37,013 nucleotides of DNA from a virus (Duplodnaviria > Caudoviricetes). The stretch spans positions 1 through 37,013 of IMG/VR virus record IMGVR_UViG_3300029258_001319. The stretch is one strand, 5' to 3'. Below, in pieces: positions 36,854 through 37,013 of the stretch; position 1 is the stretch's first letter, and each line of letters begins with the position of its first letter. The notes below the pieces were generated by a model, which was not told the origin of the DNA, did no database searches, and saw only the letters and a list, made by a program, of their open reading frames with translations. A program made the translations under genes and the position numbers.

Positions 36854-36882
36854 GGTCAATTAAAATATTTGTTTTATATTTG
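36851..36882 (+). promoter_or_regulatory. Bacteroidota primary-sigma promoter (TTTG-N20-TATATTTG)
   Basis: Exact -33/-7 consensus, 18 nt before ATG 36901. Confidence 0.7.
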
Positions 36883-36900
36883 TAGTTCAAATTAACAGAC

Positions 36901-37013
36901 ATGGATAAACTAACGAAAGACAACTTTATTAACCTTCTCTCAGTACCATCAAAAACGTACCAAGAAGAAATGATGGTAGAACACATCTGTTCAGTATTGG
37001 ACACGATGCCAGG
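36901..37013 (+). CDS. 5' fragment of a probable M20/M28/M42-type zinc peptidase
   Basis: MDKLTKDNFINLLSVPSKTYQEEMMVEHI resembles the L..ipS.s..E N-terminus of these peptidases. It runs off the window. Confidence 0.45.
   Translation, partial: MDKLTKDNFINLLSVPSKTYQEEMMVEHICSVLDTMP

Overview
This AT-rich window comes from a large T4-like (jumbo-type) dsDNA phage. The host is most likely a Bacteroidota/Flavobacteriia member, based on TTG-N20-TAnnTTTG promoters, a Flavobacteria-like bS21, a DUF4494-like gene and A-rich, mostly SD-less translation starts. The + strand from 1 to about 9.7 kb holds a glycan-modification cluster (GT2-GT4-pyruvyltransferase fusion, two sulfotransferases, fcl, gmd, two more GTs), phoH, a HAD-like gene and a gp55-like sigma factor. 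Baseplate/virion genes follow on + up to about 16.1 kb. The - strand from 16.1 to 34.6 kb is the head module (internal proteins, major capsid, scaffold, prohead protease, portal, large terminase) plus a nucleotidyltransferase, a KTSC gene and a tandem-UVR gene, with rpsU and two small genes inserted on +. From 34.8 kb on + there is a ClpC lacking its N-domain and the start of a probable peptidase. The main points for follow-up are: (1) a candidate late regulon, TATTTAT(A/T/G) upstream of 11 genes, which is the reverse complement of the T4 late promoter and sits next to the sigma gene; (2) a frame break in the major capsid gene exactly at a 7-bp tandem repeat; (3) a divergent ClpC/tandem-UVR pair with an operator-like palindrome; (4) a possible sulfated, pyruvylated, fucosylated glycan pathway; (5) two small ORFs missing from the ORF track. 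I saw no tRNA, CRISPR array or mobile element. All family assignments are by-eye motif recognition, not database searches.
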